Of a stretch of 64,000 nt of DNA, positions 1-11,040 are shown in pieces. The stretch lies in the NCBI GenBank assembly GCA_964019335.1, contig OZ025740.1, positions 186,001-250,000 of the forward strand, in the 5' to 3' direction. The position numbers were made by a program, and so were the translations under genes. The stretch is from Diplonema japonicum (lineage: Eukaryota; Protista; Euglenozoa: Diplonemea). Positions within the stretch are counted from its first letter, which is position 1. Each line of letters begins with the position of its first letter. The notes beneath the pieces are model-generated. The model was not told the DNA's origin, did no database searches, and saw nothing but the letters and a program-made list of their open reading frames with translations.

Positions 1-1698
1 GTCATGAGACTGTTCAGTGCATGTTGAATACATGCTGCACTTCATCGATCCGTGGTCCAACGTGAAATACTTGCATTTGGCTTCCCCGGTGCACAAAGCA
101 GCGCAACAGTCGTGGTCGGCGACGTTCTGCGTGGCAACGGGTGCCTCCGAGCACGTTTTGAACCCGAACGGGTGTTCTAGCAAGCTGTACCCGTCGATCA
201 ACGGTGCCATCCCTTCCCTTGAACACATGAAGGTATCGTAATAACCCGAGCTGCGCAGCGTATCCGAGCCCCCCATCTTGTGGATCAATATACACTTGTG
301 GAACAGTGTATCAGACTGGTCCTTCTTCATGAACGTGAACCCGATGCACAGGACATCCATGTCGCACATTGTCTTGCAGTAGTCCGGATTGTCGTATGGG
401 CCCAAAGGGACATCGGGCAGAGAAGGAGGCTGGTTGTAAGCGTTGCCTCTGTCAGTGTATATGCCTCTCTTGTCGGGGTCGAAGAAGACCTTGTTGACGT
501 GGCGTACCCACCTGTTGCATCGTGGGCGTTCGATCCCGGTGGGGTTGGAACCGGGTTTGGTTGGGCACACGGCAGGGCCGACAATGCGTACGCCGTAATG
601 GGCCTTTTGAAGGGATTGTGTTTCCATCCAGCACGTTTTCGCTGTGTGCCCGCCTGTCGGAAACGCCCAGTTCCAGTATCGGCACGGCCCTGTGGAACCG
701 GAATGGTCTCTGCATAGTTGAGCGCATTCTTGTGCGGTACTCACTTTCCCCCATTCGCCGAGAACTATGTCGTCTGGTCCTGGCAGATCGTGGCCCATGG
801 TGACGCCTCCTTCCGCGCATGGTCCGAACTCTTTCTCGTAATCTGAAATAGGGTGGCGTGGCCCCAACTGTTGCGACTGCGAGTCAAACGGCTTCTCACC
901 GTGCTCGTTCGCAGCCACGACGATGAGGTAGTGCGGGTTGCATGCGTCGTTCGCCGCCGTTGTTCGGTCCAAACGGTCGTACGATATCTTGCACCTTTTG
1001 ACATCCTCGGCAGATGTACCCATCGGGATCTCATACGTAATGTCGCAGCCTGTTTTGTTAAGCCTTACTAAAAGCCGGGTGTTGTCTGTGAACTTGAACT
1101 GCTCCCACGAGATGGGGTTCTTAAGGCCGCACGACGGTACCTTCCGGACGGTTTTTGCAAAGCCCCAATACACGTTGTAGTGTGTGATGTCGGTTTCGTC
1201 CACAGCCCGGAGAACTGTCATCTTCCCTCCATAGCGGAACCTGTCTGGGTCCAAATCGACGAAAACGATTCCTTGCGCGTCGTGCTTGGGAGCTTTGTCA
1301 ACAGCGTCGCAGCAGGTGAAGTCGTTGCACGGGAAGTAAGGGCATGATATCGATGAAGCGTCTGATCTAAGTTTCCCTGTTTTGCAAGTATACGTGTTGC
1401 AGATCTCCTCTGCGCAGCACTGTTGGTCCGTGCAGACACCGCCGTACTCATCACCCAGTGCGTAGTTAGCGCAGATGATGCCAGCAGAGTCGTGGCGCAG
1501 GGTTCTCCCGGAGGTGCACGTGTGTGGGGCGACGTCGGCTGGTGGCAGCGATGACGCCATGTAGCTGTATTTCGTTTGCCCGTCGTTGGGCCTTCTGTTG
1601 CAATAATGCCACTTGGGGAAATCGTTCGCGTTCTTCGGTGCCAGCCACGAGTCGCATGCCGACAGTGCTGTGCAGGACACCAGCAATGCAACCGACAT
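1..1698 (-). CDS. Secreted Cys-rich protein with PAN/Apple-like domains (3' end beyond window)
   Basis: Manual translation from the ATG at 1698 is open to base 1, so the track missed it (no stop). It starts with a hydrophobic N-terminus MSVALLVSCTALSA. It has Cys-rich repeats, a DETDITHYNVYWG module and three PAN-like motifs (QECAQLCRDH..CRYWNW..TCW; DYCKTMCDMDVLCIGFTF..KCIL; DCCAALCTGEAKCKYFTL..KCSMY). Confidence 0.85.
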   Translation of the reverse strand, partial: MSVALLVSCTALSACDSWLAPKNANDFPKWHYCNRRPNDGQTKYSYMASSLPPADVAPHTCTSGRTLRHDSAGIICANYALGDEYGGVCTDQQCCAEEICNTYTCKTGKLRSDASSISCPYFPCNDFTCCDAVDKAPKHDAQGIVFVDLDPDRFRYGGKMTVLRAVDETDITHYNVYWGFAKTVRKVPSCGLKNPISWEQFKFTDNTRLLVRLNKTGCDITYEIPMGTSAEDVKRCKISYDRLDRTTAANDACNPHYLIVVAANEHGEKPFDSQSQQLGPRHPISDYEKEFGPCAEGGVTMGHDLPGPDDIVLGEWGKVSTAQECAQLCRDHSGSTGPCRYWNWAFPTGGHTAKTCWMETQSLQKAHYGVRIVGPAVCPTKPGSNPTGIERPRCNRWVRHVNKVFFDPDKRGIYTDRGNAYNQPPSLPDVPLGPYDNPDYCKTMCDMDVLCIGFTFMKKDQSDTLFHKCILIHKMGGSDTLRSSGYYDTFMCSREGMAPLIDGYSLLEHPFGFKTCSEAPVATQNVADHDCCAALCTGEAKCKYFTLDHGSMKCSMYSTCTEQSHD

Positions 1699-1796
1699 AT
1701 GGTTACCCCACACAAAAAAGAAGAAAAGAAAAACCTTTTTTTTTTTTAATTCTACAGACTCTTGAATGAAGTACAGAAGCAAAAAAAAAAAAAAAA

Positions 1797-1839
<43 letters not shown>

Positions 1840-1844
1840 GAACA

Positions 1845-2062
1845 AGTAAACAAATTTTTGAAAAGAATTGTTATTGCAAAAAGAGTAGAGGCAGCTTGTC
1901 CGTTTATCCCTACTGTAGGTGAAAACGGCTTGCACAAACAAAAATGGCTTGCGCAGACATCGACCCGTCGGAGTTGTCGGTTATACTATACCCGGAGGGG
2001 GCCCCCACGGCGCCGGCGGACCCGGACTGTGCTGCCGGCTTGCACAAACAATCAGCCGACTC
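1845..2062 (+). repeat. Short interspersed repeat between two T-tracts
   Basis: Parts recur in reverse complement at about 8915-8945, 20665-20730 and 33300-33420. Confidence 0.6.
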
Positions 2063-2096
2063 TTTTTTTTTTTTTTTTTTTTTTTTTGTAATGGCT

Positions 2097-3464
2097 CTAG
2101 TTCAAGAAAGTGTGCATCTCGTTCCTCGCGGTGTTCACCCTCTTCTCCGGAACCTCGGAGGCCTCCACTGCCGCCAACAGCTTTACTACACACTTGTGAG
2201 ACAGGCTGTTCCACTCCAAGTCCACGGCCAACCTGTCAAGAGGCGCCTTTAACAGGTGGGGGAGAAACAAAACAGAAGCATCTGTCAACAGGCAGCTTTT
2301 AAGAGAAATAGAGAAGGAAGAGAGACATGAAAGGGTTTGAGTCAACGCAGTGATACAAGGCGACAGCCCGGCACGGATCTGTGTCTGGGATAGATCGAGG
2401 GTGAGATTCTTGGTGCGGGGTGGAAGGACGAGACGTAACAAGTTCGTCACAGAAGTACGTGAAAAATCCAAGCTCAGCTCTGTGAGGTGTGCACAGGAAG
2501 CAAGAAGCCCAACAGCATCGAGAGACGTATCCCCAACACCGCTGTTCCCTCTGACGGAAAACCGAAACGTCTCGAGATGTTTAAGCTCCTTCACACCTCT
2601 TATGATTTCCACTACATCGCAATCATGAATCGCGCAGTCGGCAACAGCAATCTCTAACATCTTTAACCCACACACAGACCACGCACTTGCCTCACCTGTC
2701 CTTACCGTTGTAAGGCTAGTCTCGTTAAGAGACAGCGAAGCAACCTCCGCCCGTGCGCACGCTTTGGGTATTTCGACAAAGATCACCCCCCCCGATGGCC
2801 CCAAGGTGTTCTTACTGAAATCAAGCTTGAACCTGTCAATAAAAGGCGCTTTTCCAATAGAACGAATGATGGCAATGCACCCTGAGGATGTGAGGTAGTT
2901 GTGGGTTATCGATAAAGTAAAATTTCGCACCCTTGTAACAGAGATGGAAGGGGAAAGGAGGTTGATGCAGTGTTCGTCAGCAAGACGGGCTGACGGGAAG
3001 TTAAATGAGAGATTTGAAAATGCGGCCGTTTTGAGAAGCTCGGAGCACTTCACCGCGACCTCCTCCTCCGCCTTTGTTGGAAACTGTAGAAAGAGGTCTG
3101 AAAGAAGCGCCTTGGGAAGGCTTCTAACGAACTCTGCACAGGCGGAGTCTGATGCGTTCTTAAGGGCGAGATCGATGTGGTGCAGGTTGAGCTGCCTCCA
3201 TTTTTTGTATTTCCCTTTTCCTTGTTTCAGGTCCAGCACCCCTCTTATGTTCTCTACCCAGCCCCCTTCAAGGATCTCACCTACTTCTTCGATCGTGCCG
3301 TGCACCACCACCTTTTTGCACAATACGTATGCCGCCCACCCTTCGGGTGTTTTGTACTCGCAAGCGACACATCTGTTCCACCGTCTGCTCACCAGCCGTG
3401 CCCTCCGAAGGTCTGGGTTTTCAAGGTGGCTCAGTACCGCCGTGATGGGTCCTTCAGATATCAT
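2097..3464 (-). CDS. F-box/LRR protein
   Basis: N-terminal F-box-like ITAVLSHLENPDLRRARLVSRRW is followed by LxxLxLxxN repeats. Likely start is the ATG at 3464; the track's extension is poly-A. Confidence 0.8.
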   Translation of the reverse strand: MISEGPITAVLSHLENPDLRRARLVSRRWNRCVACEYKTPEGWAAYVLCKKVVVHGTIEEVGEILEGGWVENIRGVLDLKQGKGKYKKWRQLNLHHIDLALKNASDSACAEFVRSLPKALLSDLFLQFPTKAEEEVAVKCSELLKTAAFSNLSFNFPSARLADEHCINLLSPSISVTRVRNFTLSITHNYLTSSGCIAIIRSIGKAPFIDRFKLDFSKNTLGPSGGVIFVEIPKACARAEVASLSLNETSLTTVRTGEASAWSVCGLKMLEIAVADCAIHDCDVVEIIRGVKELKHLETFRFSVRGNSGVGDTSLDAVGLLASCAHLTELSLDFSRTSVTNLLRLVLPPRTKNLTLDLSQTQIRAGLSPCITALTQTLSCLSSFSISLKSCLLTDASVLFLPHLLKAPLDRLAVDLEWNSLSHKCVVKLLAAVEASEVPEKRVNTARNEMHTFLN

Positions 3465-3534
3465 TTTTTTTTTTTTTTTTTTTTTTACCACTCCTCTCTC
3501 TTTTTTTTTTTTTTTTTTTTTTTTAAAGGGCAGT

Positions 3535-3666
3535 TGCGGCAATTTTAGTGTTTCAAGAACGTCATTTCTGTTTGTACGTGCCGGGTAAAACCTGGAGAAG
3601 TTTGTCAACCCGAAACACGTTGCCAACGTTCCCCTTTTTGTTTAGACAAGTCAAAGACTCGTTCTT

Positions 3667-3670
<4 letters not shown>
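3535..3670. repeat. Short interspersed repeat (AAAACCTGGAGAAGTTTG core)
   Basis: Related copies at about 25850-25890, 27705-27780 and 32800-32850. Confidence 0.6.
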
Positions 3671-3699
<29 letters not shown>

Positions 3700-3716
3700 T
3701 AGAGGTGAGGGTATAG

Positions 3717-4886
3717 CTAAAGCTGTTCCCCAAAATTGGGGTTGTTCCGCATGTTGCCCAGTTTGTGGGTGTGGTCATTGGGGCTGCTGCCGGTGCTGCG
3801 TCGCAGCTCTTTGACAGCTTCCGCAGCAACGGAATCTACCCTCGCGAAGACGGTCATGATACGCGGGCGGATCCCGCCATCAAGGTTCACAAGAAGGTTC
3901 CACAACACATGAGCCCGTTTTGTGTCCTTTACGTGGTGATAAATCTCGAACACCGGGAGCGCAACGTGGGAAGAAATAACACCGTACTTCCCAGCAAGCC
4001 CCACGGCCTGGTCAGTGACAGATATTAGCTTGGCATGGTCTTCTTCGCAAGACTGTTTAACACGTTTCAAAAGTGCTTCAAAGATAGCTGTCATCATGAA
4101 CCCGCTTGGTTCTTGTCCGGACAGAATTACGCTTTTTAATATGTTCAAACATCCTTCGAGGTCGCCGTGCGTTTGGAGCACGATTGCAGCGCTGGTCGAG
4201 TGCCGCACGGTAGGGGACGCGATGGACCGGTAGTGAGCAAGGGCCTTCTCCTTCCCGTAGAGGTTGTGGTATTTTTTTATAAGGATGTCGTGGGTTTGGT
4301 CTCCGGGCACCATTTTCCCCTTGGTCATCATGGACAAGCAGAGCTGGAATTTTTTACGTGAGAAACATGCGCTGAGAAGCGCGTTCATCGTCGCTTCATC
4401 AGGGACGACTCCATCGTGTTTTGTTACACGATCGAAAAGTTTGAAAGCAGAAGTCTCGCTTCGAAGTCGTGCGTATAGGGTAAGGTATGCAGGAAGCAGC
4501 CTCCCCCGTTCGGTGGGGGTGATCGGAAATTTTTTGTGTTTTGAAAGATGTGTGTATACAAAACTGCAGACTGCTGTGTCGCGGAGATGCGCCGCTTGTG
4601 ACATCACTAGCTCGCTTGTTTTCATATCAGGGCGCATGTTAGGGTCTCTGTTGCATGTTTCTGTGTACAGGCGTGCGGCTTCGGAGTAGTGGTTCACCTT
4701 TATCAGCATTGCCACTGCGATGTACAGGGTTTTGCTGCCTATGGTCTGCTTGTTGCTCATTTGTTTCGTGATGGTGTCCCTTATCTGGAATGCTATTTTC
4801 CGATCGCCAACTTTTTTATGGAGAGTCTTGATCCTCTTCTCTAGGCCCAGGGCGCATTCGATATCGTTTTGTCTCGCATTGTCCAT
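3717..4886 (-). CDS. Pentatricopeptide repeat (PPR) protein
   Basis: 389-aa ORF with PPR-type helical motifs, e.g. AFKLFDRVTKHDGVVPDEATMNALLSAC and MRPDMKTSELVM. Confidence 0.8.
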   Translation of the reverse strand: MDNARQNDIECALGLEKRIKTLHKKVGDRKIAFQIRDTITKQMSNKQTIGSKTLYIAVAMLIKVNHYSEAARLYTETCNRDPNMRPDMKTSELVMSQAAHLRDTAVCSFVYTHLSKHKKFPITPTERGRLLPAYLTLYARLRSETSAFKLFDRVTKHDGVVPDEATMNALLSACFSRKKFQLCLSMMTKGKMVPGDQTHDILIKKYHNLYGKEKALAHYRSIASPTVRHSTSAAIVLQTHGDLEGCLNILKSVILSGQEPSGFMMTAIFEALLKRVKQSCEEDHAKLISVTDQAVGLAGKYGVISSHVALPVFEIYHHVKDTKRAHVLWNLLVNLDGGIRPRIMTVFARVDSVAAEAVKELRRSTGSSPNDHTHKLGNMRNNPNFGEQL

Positions 4887-5475
4887 TTTTTTTTTTTTTT
4901 TTTTTTTCCCTTTAAAAAAAAAAAAAAAAAAAAAGAGGTGTTGGGGGAACGTTTGTATTTTTAAAAAAAAAAAAAATAATAAAAAAAAAGAATGGGTGAA
5001 AAAAAAAAAAAAAGGTCCTCTTCTTTTGTGCTAGTTAATGAGTTATACCTTACATTGGGCAGCCGAGACGGGACGTAGAAGAAAGAAAGAAAAAAAAAGA
5101 ACAGGGAAAAAAAAAAGGGAAAGAAACGAACAAAAAAGGGGAAAAAGAAGAAAGATAGGAGCATAAAGGGGGAAAAAAGAAAGAAGAAGAAAAAATCATG
5201 TGGGGGGATAAGCGTCAACTACGAGCCCACAAAAAAAAAAAAAAAAAAAAAAAAGACAGAGAGGAAAAAGTGAAGGTGGGGTAGTAAACCCCGAAAGACA
5301 AATAAAAATAATTGAAAAAAAGCTGCTCTAAGGAAAAGGGAAAGAAAAGGTAAAGAGAAAAAAAAAGGCAAGGGGTTTTGCCCCCTTTACCCTCTCACCC
5401 TTTAATAGGCACGTAAATATCAAAAGGGTATATTCTTTTTTTTTAACACAAGAAAAGGTTTTTTTTTTTTTTTTT

Positions 5476-5874
5476 CATAGCCTGCACGTTATACCGATAC
5501 CAATCGGGTATTTTAATCGGTTCGGGTATTTAAATAGTGCAAAATTGGCCTGGGCACGCCGAGGTCCTCTATACCCCCGCAGATGTCGAGATGGGGTCCA
5601 GAAACACGAAATATGATTTTTGGAGGCCATGAACATGGGAACTTTAATTTTGGCGAATTTTGGGTGCGTTATTTTATGTTATTTTACGTTATTTTAATCG
5701 GTGAAAATTTGGAGAATGAGAAGACGCTGTTTCAAGAATGCAACAGGGAGGGATAAGCGACGAAGAGCTAGAGGGGTACTTGTGGGTGTTTGGGTGCGTT
5801 ATGGTATTTGATACCGGGTATTTTAAAATATCAATTTGATAACGTTATGCTTGCGTTATAACGTGCAGGCTATG
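5476..5874. mobile_element. MITE, probably hAT-type, in a poly-T tract
   Basis: Perfect 18-bp TIR CATAGCCTGCACGTTATA / TATAACGTGCAGGCTATG with T-runs on both sides. Confidence 0.8.
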
Positions 5875-6110
5875 TTTTTTTTTGAAAAAAATCAAAAAAA
5901 AAGAGGAAAAAAAAAATATATATATGACACTTGTCAAAGCAGAGGGTGTGCGGAAAGAAGAAAGAAAAGAAAAAAAAAACAGCAACACAACCGTGCTTGT
6001 TTTTTTTCCCCCCCTTTTTTTTTACCCCTCTTTCCCCCCCCCTCTTTTTATAAAAAAAATACTTATGGAACACACAACAAACAAACAAAAAAAAAAAAAG
6101 ACAGATTTTC

Positions 6111-6981
6111 CTATTCTTTGTTAACCTTTTGCGACGTCACCGGTTCTTCAAACACGGCACCAGATGTATCATGGATAACAGGAACAAGCTGGAATGCCTG
6201 GGTCTGGGGGTGGTGGTGTGTCTGCACCATCTGCAAAGGCGCAGGAGCAAGCGTAGGGGCAGGCTGCTCCTTCACAACTGGATTTATCGGAAAAAACCGG
6301 AGGTAGGTCATGGCCAGAGTAACAACGGCCACGAAGACGGCCACGAAATTTCTGTACGCGTCCAGCTTCGCCTGCGCGATCTCCCGCTGCACGTCTTTGC
6401 TGAAATGGTGTTCCACTTTCCCAAGCTCTGTGTTCACCCTAGCTTCTGTTAGTTCAGAAGTTTTTTGCAGTTCGGCATTGATGTGACTTTTGAAGAGGCT
6501 CAGATCTAGTTTCATCCCGTTTTCCACTCTTTTTATCTCTGCGTCCGAGTCCGTGTGGCTAGTGTCATGCTTTATCTTGAGCCTGTCCAGGTCCTGCCGG
6601 AGGCTGAACATCTCGGTTTTTTCCAAAACCAAAATGCTTCGCCGTATTTGGTCGAGCTCGCTCCACTGCCGCTGCAGCTCTGTGTTGTAGGTCTGCTTCG
6701 GGACGTACTCTGACCGCACCTTCACCACAATGTTCCCCATTACCTTGTCAAGGACCTTCATGATGGCGCAGGCCTGGGTCTCGTTGATCCCGGTTTTTCG
6801 TCTGTGTTTTTTTTTTTTTTTTTTTTCTTCCATACAGTTCGGTGACGACCTCGTAGGAGTCGAACAACGGTGCCTCGTCTCGTCCCGCGGCCTCAGCCAT
6901 CATCTGGGCGTTCTTGTTGTCAAGGCCTAAACTGCCGCACCACCTTCTTCCTGGCGTGATGGTTCTGCCTATTCGCTTCAT
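6111..6981 (-). CDS. DUF1640 / CCDC90-MCUR1-like coiled-coil membrane protein, two exons (6981-6836, 6801-6111)
   Basis: Removing a 34-nt GT-AG intron (6802-6835) gives 279 codons and restores LFDSYEVVTELRKTGINETQA (the FDT...GF...QAE motif). The protein has a coiled coil, a C-terminal TM helix and an Arg-rich N-terminus. Confidence 0.8.
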
Positions 6982-7044
6982 GGGTTTTTTCTCTTTTTTT
7001 TTTTTTTTTGCTATTTTTTTTGTTGTTGTTTATCGTCAATTAAC

Positions 7045-7085
<41 letters not shown>

Positions 7086-7195
7086 AAAGGAAAAAAAAAA
7101 AAAAAAAAAAAAAACTGCTGTAAAGAAGCTTTTATAATTTTTAGATGGTTGTGACAGGATCGGCCTGTTAAATAATAAAAAGAAAATTATAATTT

Positions 7196-7942
7196 TTATT
7201 TTTTTTTTTGCTTTCCCCCGATATCTTGCAACATTTCGAGCAGCTGTTGTGCGGTAGGACGTTCCGACTCCTTGTCGGCTAGCATCTGTACCACCACGGC
7301 CGAGAGGAAGGACCCGAAGAGGGTGTCGAGGGCCGCCGCCAGCCTTACCATAGCTGCCTCGTGACTTACAGAAACATGCATCTGCAGGAGCCTCCACTGG
7401 TCAAAAGGCAGCGATAACCAACAAGCGGTCATCCCAAGCTCCCAAATGTCTCGTTTCTCAGCCGCCTGGACACCGACAGACGGGAGCCCGATGGTGTTTA
7501 GTTTAAACGACAGCTTTTCTTCTACTTTAGATATTAAGATATTTTCTGGTTGAACCGCGCCATGTCCCACCTTGTGGCTGTGAAGAATACTCAGGGCACA
7601 GCCCACATGGGCCAGCAGGGTGAAAAGAGGTATATTTTCTTTGCAAGGATGGTAGTGCAGCAGGCTCCCCTCGTATGTAGGGAAGAACACCTGGTGGACA
7701 TAGGAAGAAGGTGTTTTCATGGCGCGCTGCCCTAAGCACGGTACTAGGCAGGCGCCTTGCGGCATTCTGCTTACCTTGGAGACCAAGCGTTGTGCGCAAC
7801 GAAGGCTCTCGCAGTTTTCCACCCATATATTGAAGGTTTTGCTGTCGCTTGTCTTCTTCACAGCACTCACGTAGCCCCTCAGGCCCATGGAGTGGGAAGA
7901 GACGCAGTTCCATGTGTCGTTGTCCAGACAGGAACTGAGCAT
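7196..7942 (-). CDS. Protein kinase-like pseudokinase
   Basis: Kinase C-lobe motifs are present (LHSHKVGHGAVQPENILI, DIWELG, RPTAQQLL). HRD is replaced by HGA and there is no DFG. Confidence 0.75.
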   Translation of the reverse strand: MLSSCLDNDTWNCVSSHSMGLRGYVSAVKKTSDSKTFNIWVENCESLRCAQRLVSKVSRMPQGACLVPCLGQRAMKTPSSYVHQVFFPTYEGSLLHYHPCKENIPLFTLLAHVGCALSILHSHKVGHGAVQPENILISKVEEKLSFKLNTIGLPSVGVQAAEKRDIWELGMTACWLSLPFDQWRLLQMHVSVSHEAAMVRLAAALDTLFGSFLSAVVVQMLADKESERPTAQQLLEMLQDIGGKQKKK

Positions 7943-8593
7943 TCTTTTTTTTTTTTTTTTTTTTTGCTATGTGGATGGGGGGGGGGGGGGGGGTGGGGGT
8001 TGTTTACAGAAAAAAAAAAAAAAAGAAAAGAAAAAGAGAAAGAGAGGAAGAGGAGAAAGGAATGTTTTGCATGGGGGGGAGGGAGGGGGGATAAACCCTT
8101 TTTTTTTTCTTCTTTCCAGTAAGTTGGGACCATATCATTCTTTCACGCCAAAACTGAAAAAACTCGGTTTCATGCTACACCAGTGCTGCCTGGTGCGCCA
8201 GTGTCAGTTCAGTAAGACCGATGGAAATTTTATCGAGTTTTTTTTTTTTTGGTCGTTTTACTGTCGTGCCTTTCCTATCCCCTTACATGTATACAAGGGA
8301 AAGATGGAAAGAAATCTAAAGAAGGACACTCTTTTCCTCATTCTTTTTTCTTTCTTCTGCTTTGAAAGCCGTTTAAATTTAAATCTTTAAATAATACGGA
8401 ACAGAGAAGAAAAAAAAAAGCGCGTCGATAGGCAGCACTGTGGGCGCTTATGACTCTTAATGACTGCAAGTGCAGGTGAATACAACAAAGAAGAACTTTA
8501 ATTTACAAAAAAAAGGGGGAGGGGGGGACAGAGGGAGAAGTATGTTGAAACAACTCACCAAACGAAAAGTAGAAGAAGAATAGGCAAGTTGCT

Positions 8594-8625
<32 letters not shown>

Positions 8626-8655
8626 AACGTATTGCAGATGCTCAGGATGACGAAC

Positions 8656-8700
<45 letters not shown>

Positions 8701-9229
8701 CTGTAAAGCGAGAAAATGCCGACAAACTCCTGGAAGCGAAAAAAAAAAAAAAAAAAATCGAGAGGTCTTCCAATCCTTTTGCTCCCAACACAAAAAAACA
8801 CATTATTTGGGATGGAATTATTCGGGCTCCCCCTTTATATTAAAAGGGGGGCTCCTGCACTGCTGATGGAAAAAATTCTGCTCCCCCCATTTTTCTTCAA
8901 TCAAAGAAAAAAAAAGACTGTTGATTGTTGTGCACAGCCGGGGGATTGAGTTCAACCTGTAGAAGGACAAGACAATCCTCTTTTTAACAACAACAATTCA
9001 TTATCATTGTTTTTCGTGTTCATGCAAGGGGGGGGGAAAAAAAAGAGAGTTGCCTTTTACTTCATGCATCCAGAGGAGTCACCAAGCTTCAGGTAAACAA
9101 ACATGCTCGTTTTTGCCCTTTCGTCCTTCAGATGTAACATGGAAATGTTATTCTTTTTTTTTGAGGGGAGTTTCTTTAAACAGACATTTTTGGTAGCCGT
9201 TTATTTCAGGGCTGCTATTCTTATCTGTT

Positions 9230-9500
9230 TCACCCAACGAGTTCATAACTCATTACACTTTCTCAATTACCCAGAAGGGTAAATGGTACTAAAATTTTCA
9301 ATTCCAGCTGCCATCAGATTGAGAACCCTGAACTGTTTACGGGCTTCTTGCTGCAAATGTTAAAATTCGTCAGGTAACTGTTTGATGAGTCGCATGTAGC
9401 ATGTCGTCAACAGACAACCACTTGTCAGGGGCCGCACAGTCCTACACCGGTTGGCAATGATGTCAAGAAACCGCACAGAGGCCTAACTGATGTTTTCCTT
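9230..9500 (-). pseudogene. Degenerate piggyBac transposase core relic
   Basis: Frameshifted pieces VRPL, LDIIANRC, PDKWLSVDDML and KKPVNSSGFSI resemble the piggyBac KIRPL..P..LSVDE.M..KP.K.G.K motifs. Confidence 0.45.
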
Positions 9501-10096
9501 TTTACCTATTCACGGAAATGATACGTTTCGGGCCATTTGGGGGTCTTTCTCGCACCCAAGCATCGTTTCCGGTCCCTCATCGGCCCGCCTCATCGTCTTC
9601 TTCTTCTTTAGCTGACCAGTTGGGGGTGACTCACGAATTTATACAAATCTTAAAAATAAGGACAAAAAACGTCCCCTCTGGCGTTCAGGAGTTACCCCTT
9701 CCTTTTTTTTTTTTTTTTTTTTCCCTCTTCTTTTTTTTTTTTTTTTTTCCGATTTTCCTTTTTTTTTGCAATATGGCAGGCGGGGGAATAAGCCTCAAAA
9801 ATAGCTATTTATTTGCAACAAATTATGGCCATAATTTACTCGAGAATCGTGGGTTTTTTGGCCGAGGGCCCACAGGGCCCGAGGTCAAAAAAAACGGTTC
9901 GAGAGTAAATGGGATGGCCATATTTTGGCGCAAAGTAAGTAATTTTATGATAGTTCAGAAATTGAGTCACTCCGAGTGACCGAGAAAGTGGGCCAAAAAC
10001 CCAAAACCAAATTATGGGCTATCAACTGTCAATAATAGCTATCAAATTATGAAAAACGGCCTATTTTTAGCTGATTCAGGCGGAAGTGCGGTGACC

Positions 10097-10318
10097 CTAC
10101 ACATTTTTAGTCCCCCAGGCAACCCTGTTGACCTGCGATATTGCACCTTTCCAGGTTATAGTTCTCCGTACAAACAAAGCACGGTACAGTAAGAAGCGGT
10201 TCAGCGGCTTAGACCCAGGGCACTCCATAGACATGAGCTCCTCGAGATCTTCCGTTCGAAAGTGGATGCTTTCGTCGGGGCCCTTGTTCTTCAGCACGCT
10301 TGCAAAAAAGTTTGACAC
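10097..10318 (-). pseudogene. Possible Crypton-like tyrosine recombinase fragment
   Basis: NFFASVLKNKG..EDLEELM..P.L.RFLLYRALFVRR loosely resembles the region before the catalytic Arg of Crypton recombinases. It lies among palindromic repeats. Confidence 0.3.
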
Positions 10319-10753
10319 GGTCCCTGCCCTTATCTGGGACTTGGTTCAAAGAAGGGGGCAGCGCCGTTTTTCTTCAGCTTAAAAAAACGGGTAACGAGAG
10401 TTAAATAATGGCTCATTTGGCGGCAAGTAAGTCGTTTTATTTCACTCTTCGTCATTTGAGTCACTCACTCTTCACTGCTGTTTTTTTTCACGCAGGTCAG
10501 CCTTTTTGGGGAGTTTCCTAAGGTAATATGGGGTTGCTATTTCGCCGTGGCATGTAAAGGGGAAGTAAGGCCTCCCACTTTTAAGGGCTGGAATGGCCTC
10601 AGATGGCCAAAAATAGTCAAAATACGCCCACCCCAAAAAAACTTTTTCATTTCTGGTATTCTTTTCGGGTTGGGTGCATTTTTTTCCACGGCGAGACTCA
10701 TTTTTCCACTCTGAAGGGCCATTATTTAACTGCAAAATCTCATTATTTAACTA

Positions 10754-10827
10754 GTTAAATAATGGCGATTTCGCGTTAAATAATGGCCGTTTCGCGTTAA
10801 ATAATGGCCATTTCGCGTTAAATAATG
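10754..10827 (+). repeat. 21-bp tandem repeat, about 3.5 copies
   Basis: GTTAAATAATGGC(C/G)(A/G)TTTCGC repeated without spacers. Confidence 0.85.
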
Positions 10828-10889
10828 AGGCCCCTAGTGAGTGAAGAAAATGACGAAGAGTGAAATATAAAAAAAAAAAATATAGCTAT

Positions 10890-11040
10890 TTATTAAATGA
10901 AAATCAGATGGCCTGATTTTCACGCGGGGGTCCCCTTTTTGACGAGTGATTTTACTTCACGAGCGAAGCGAGTGAAGTAAAAAAAAACGAGTCAAAAAGG
11001 GGACCCCACAAGTGAAATCATGCTCTGATTTTATTCAATA
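10890..11040. repeat. Long imperfect palindrome centred on CACGAGCGAAGCGAGTG
   Basis: GGGGTCCCCTTTTTGAC...TTTACTTCAC-loop-GTGAAGTAAA...GTCAAAAAGGGGACCCC, with outer arms ATCAGA/TCTGAT. Confidence 0.8.

Noticed and set aside
14-1769. Short track ORFs at the window start
   Set aside because: Shadows of the long minus-strand ORF 1698-1.
10754-10827. CRISPR-like repeat
   Set aside because: Head-to-tail repeats with no spacers, no cas genes and a eukaryotic context.
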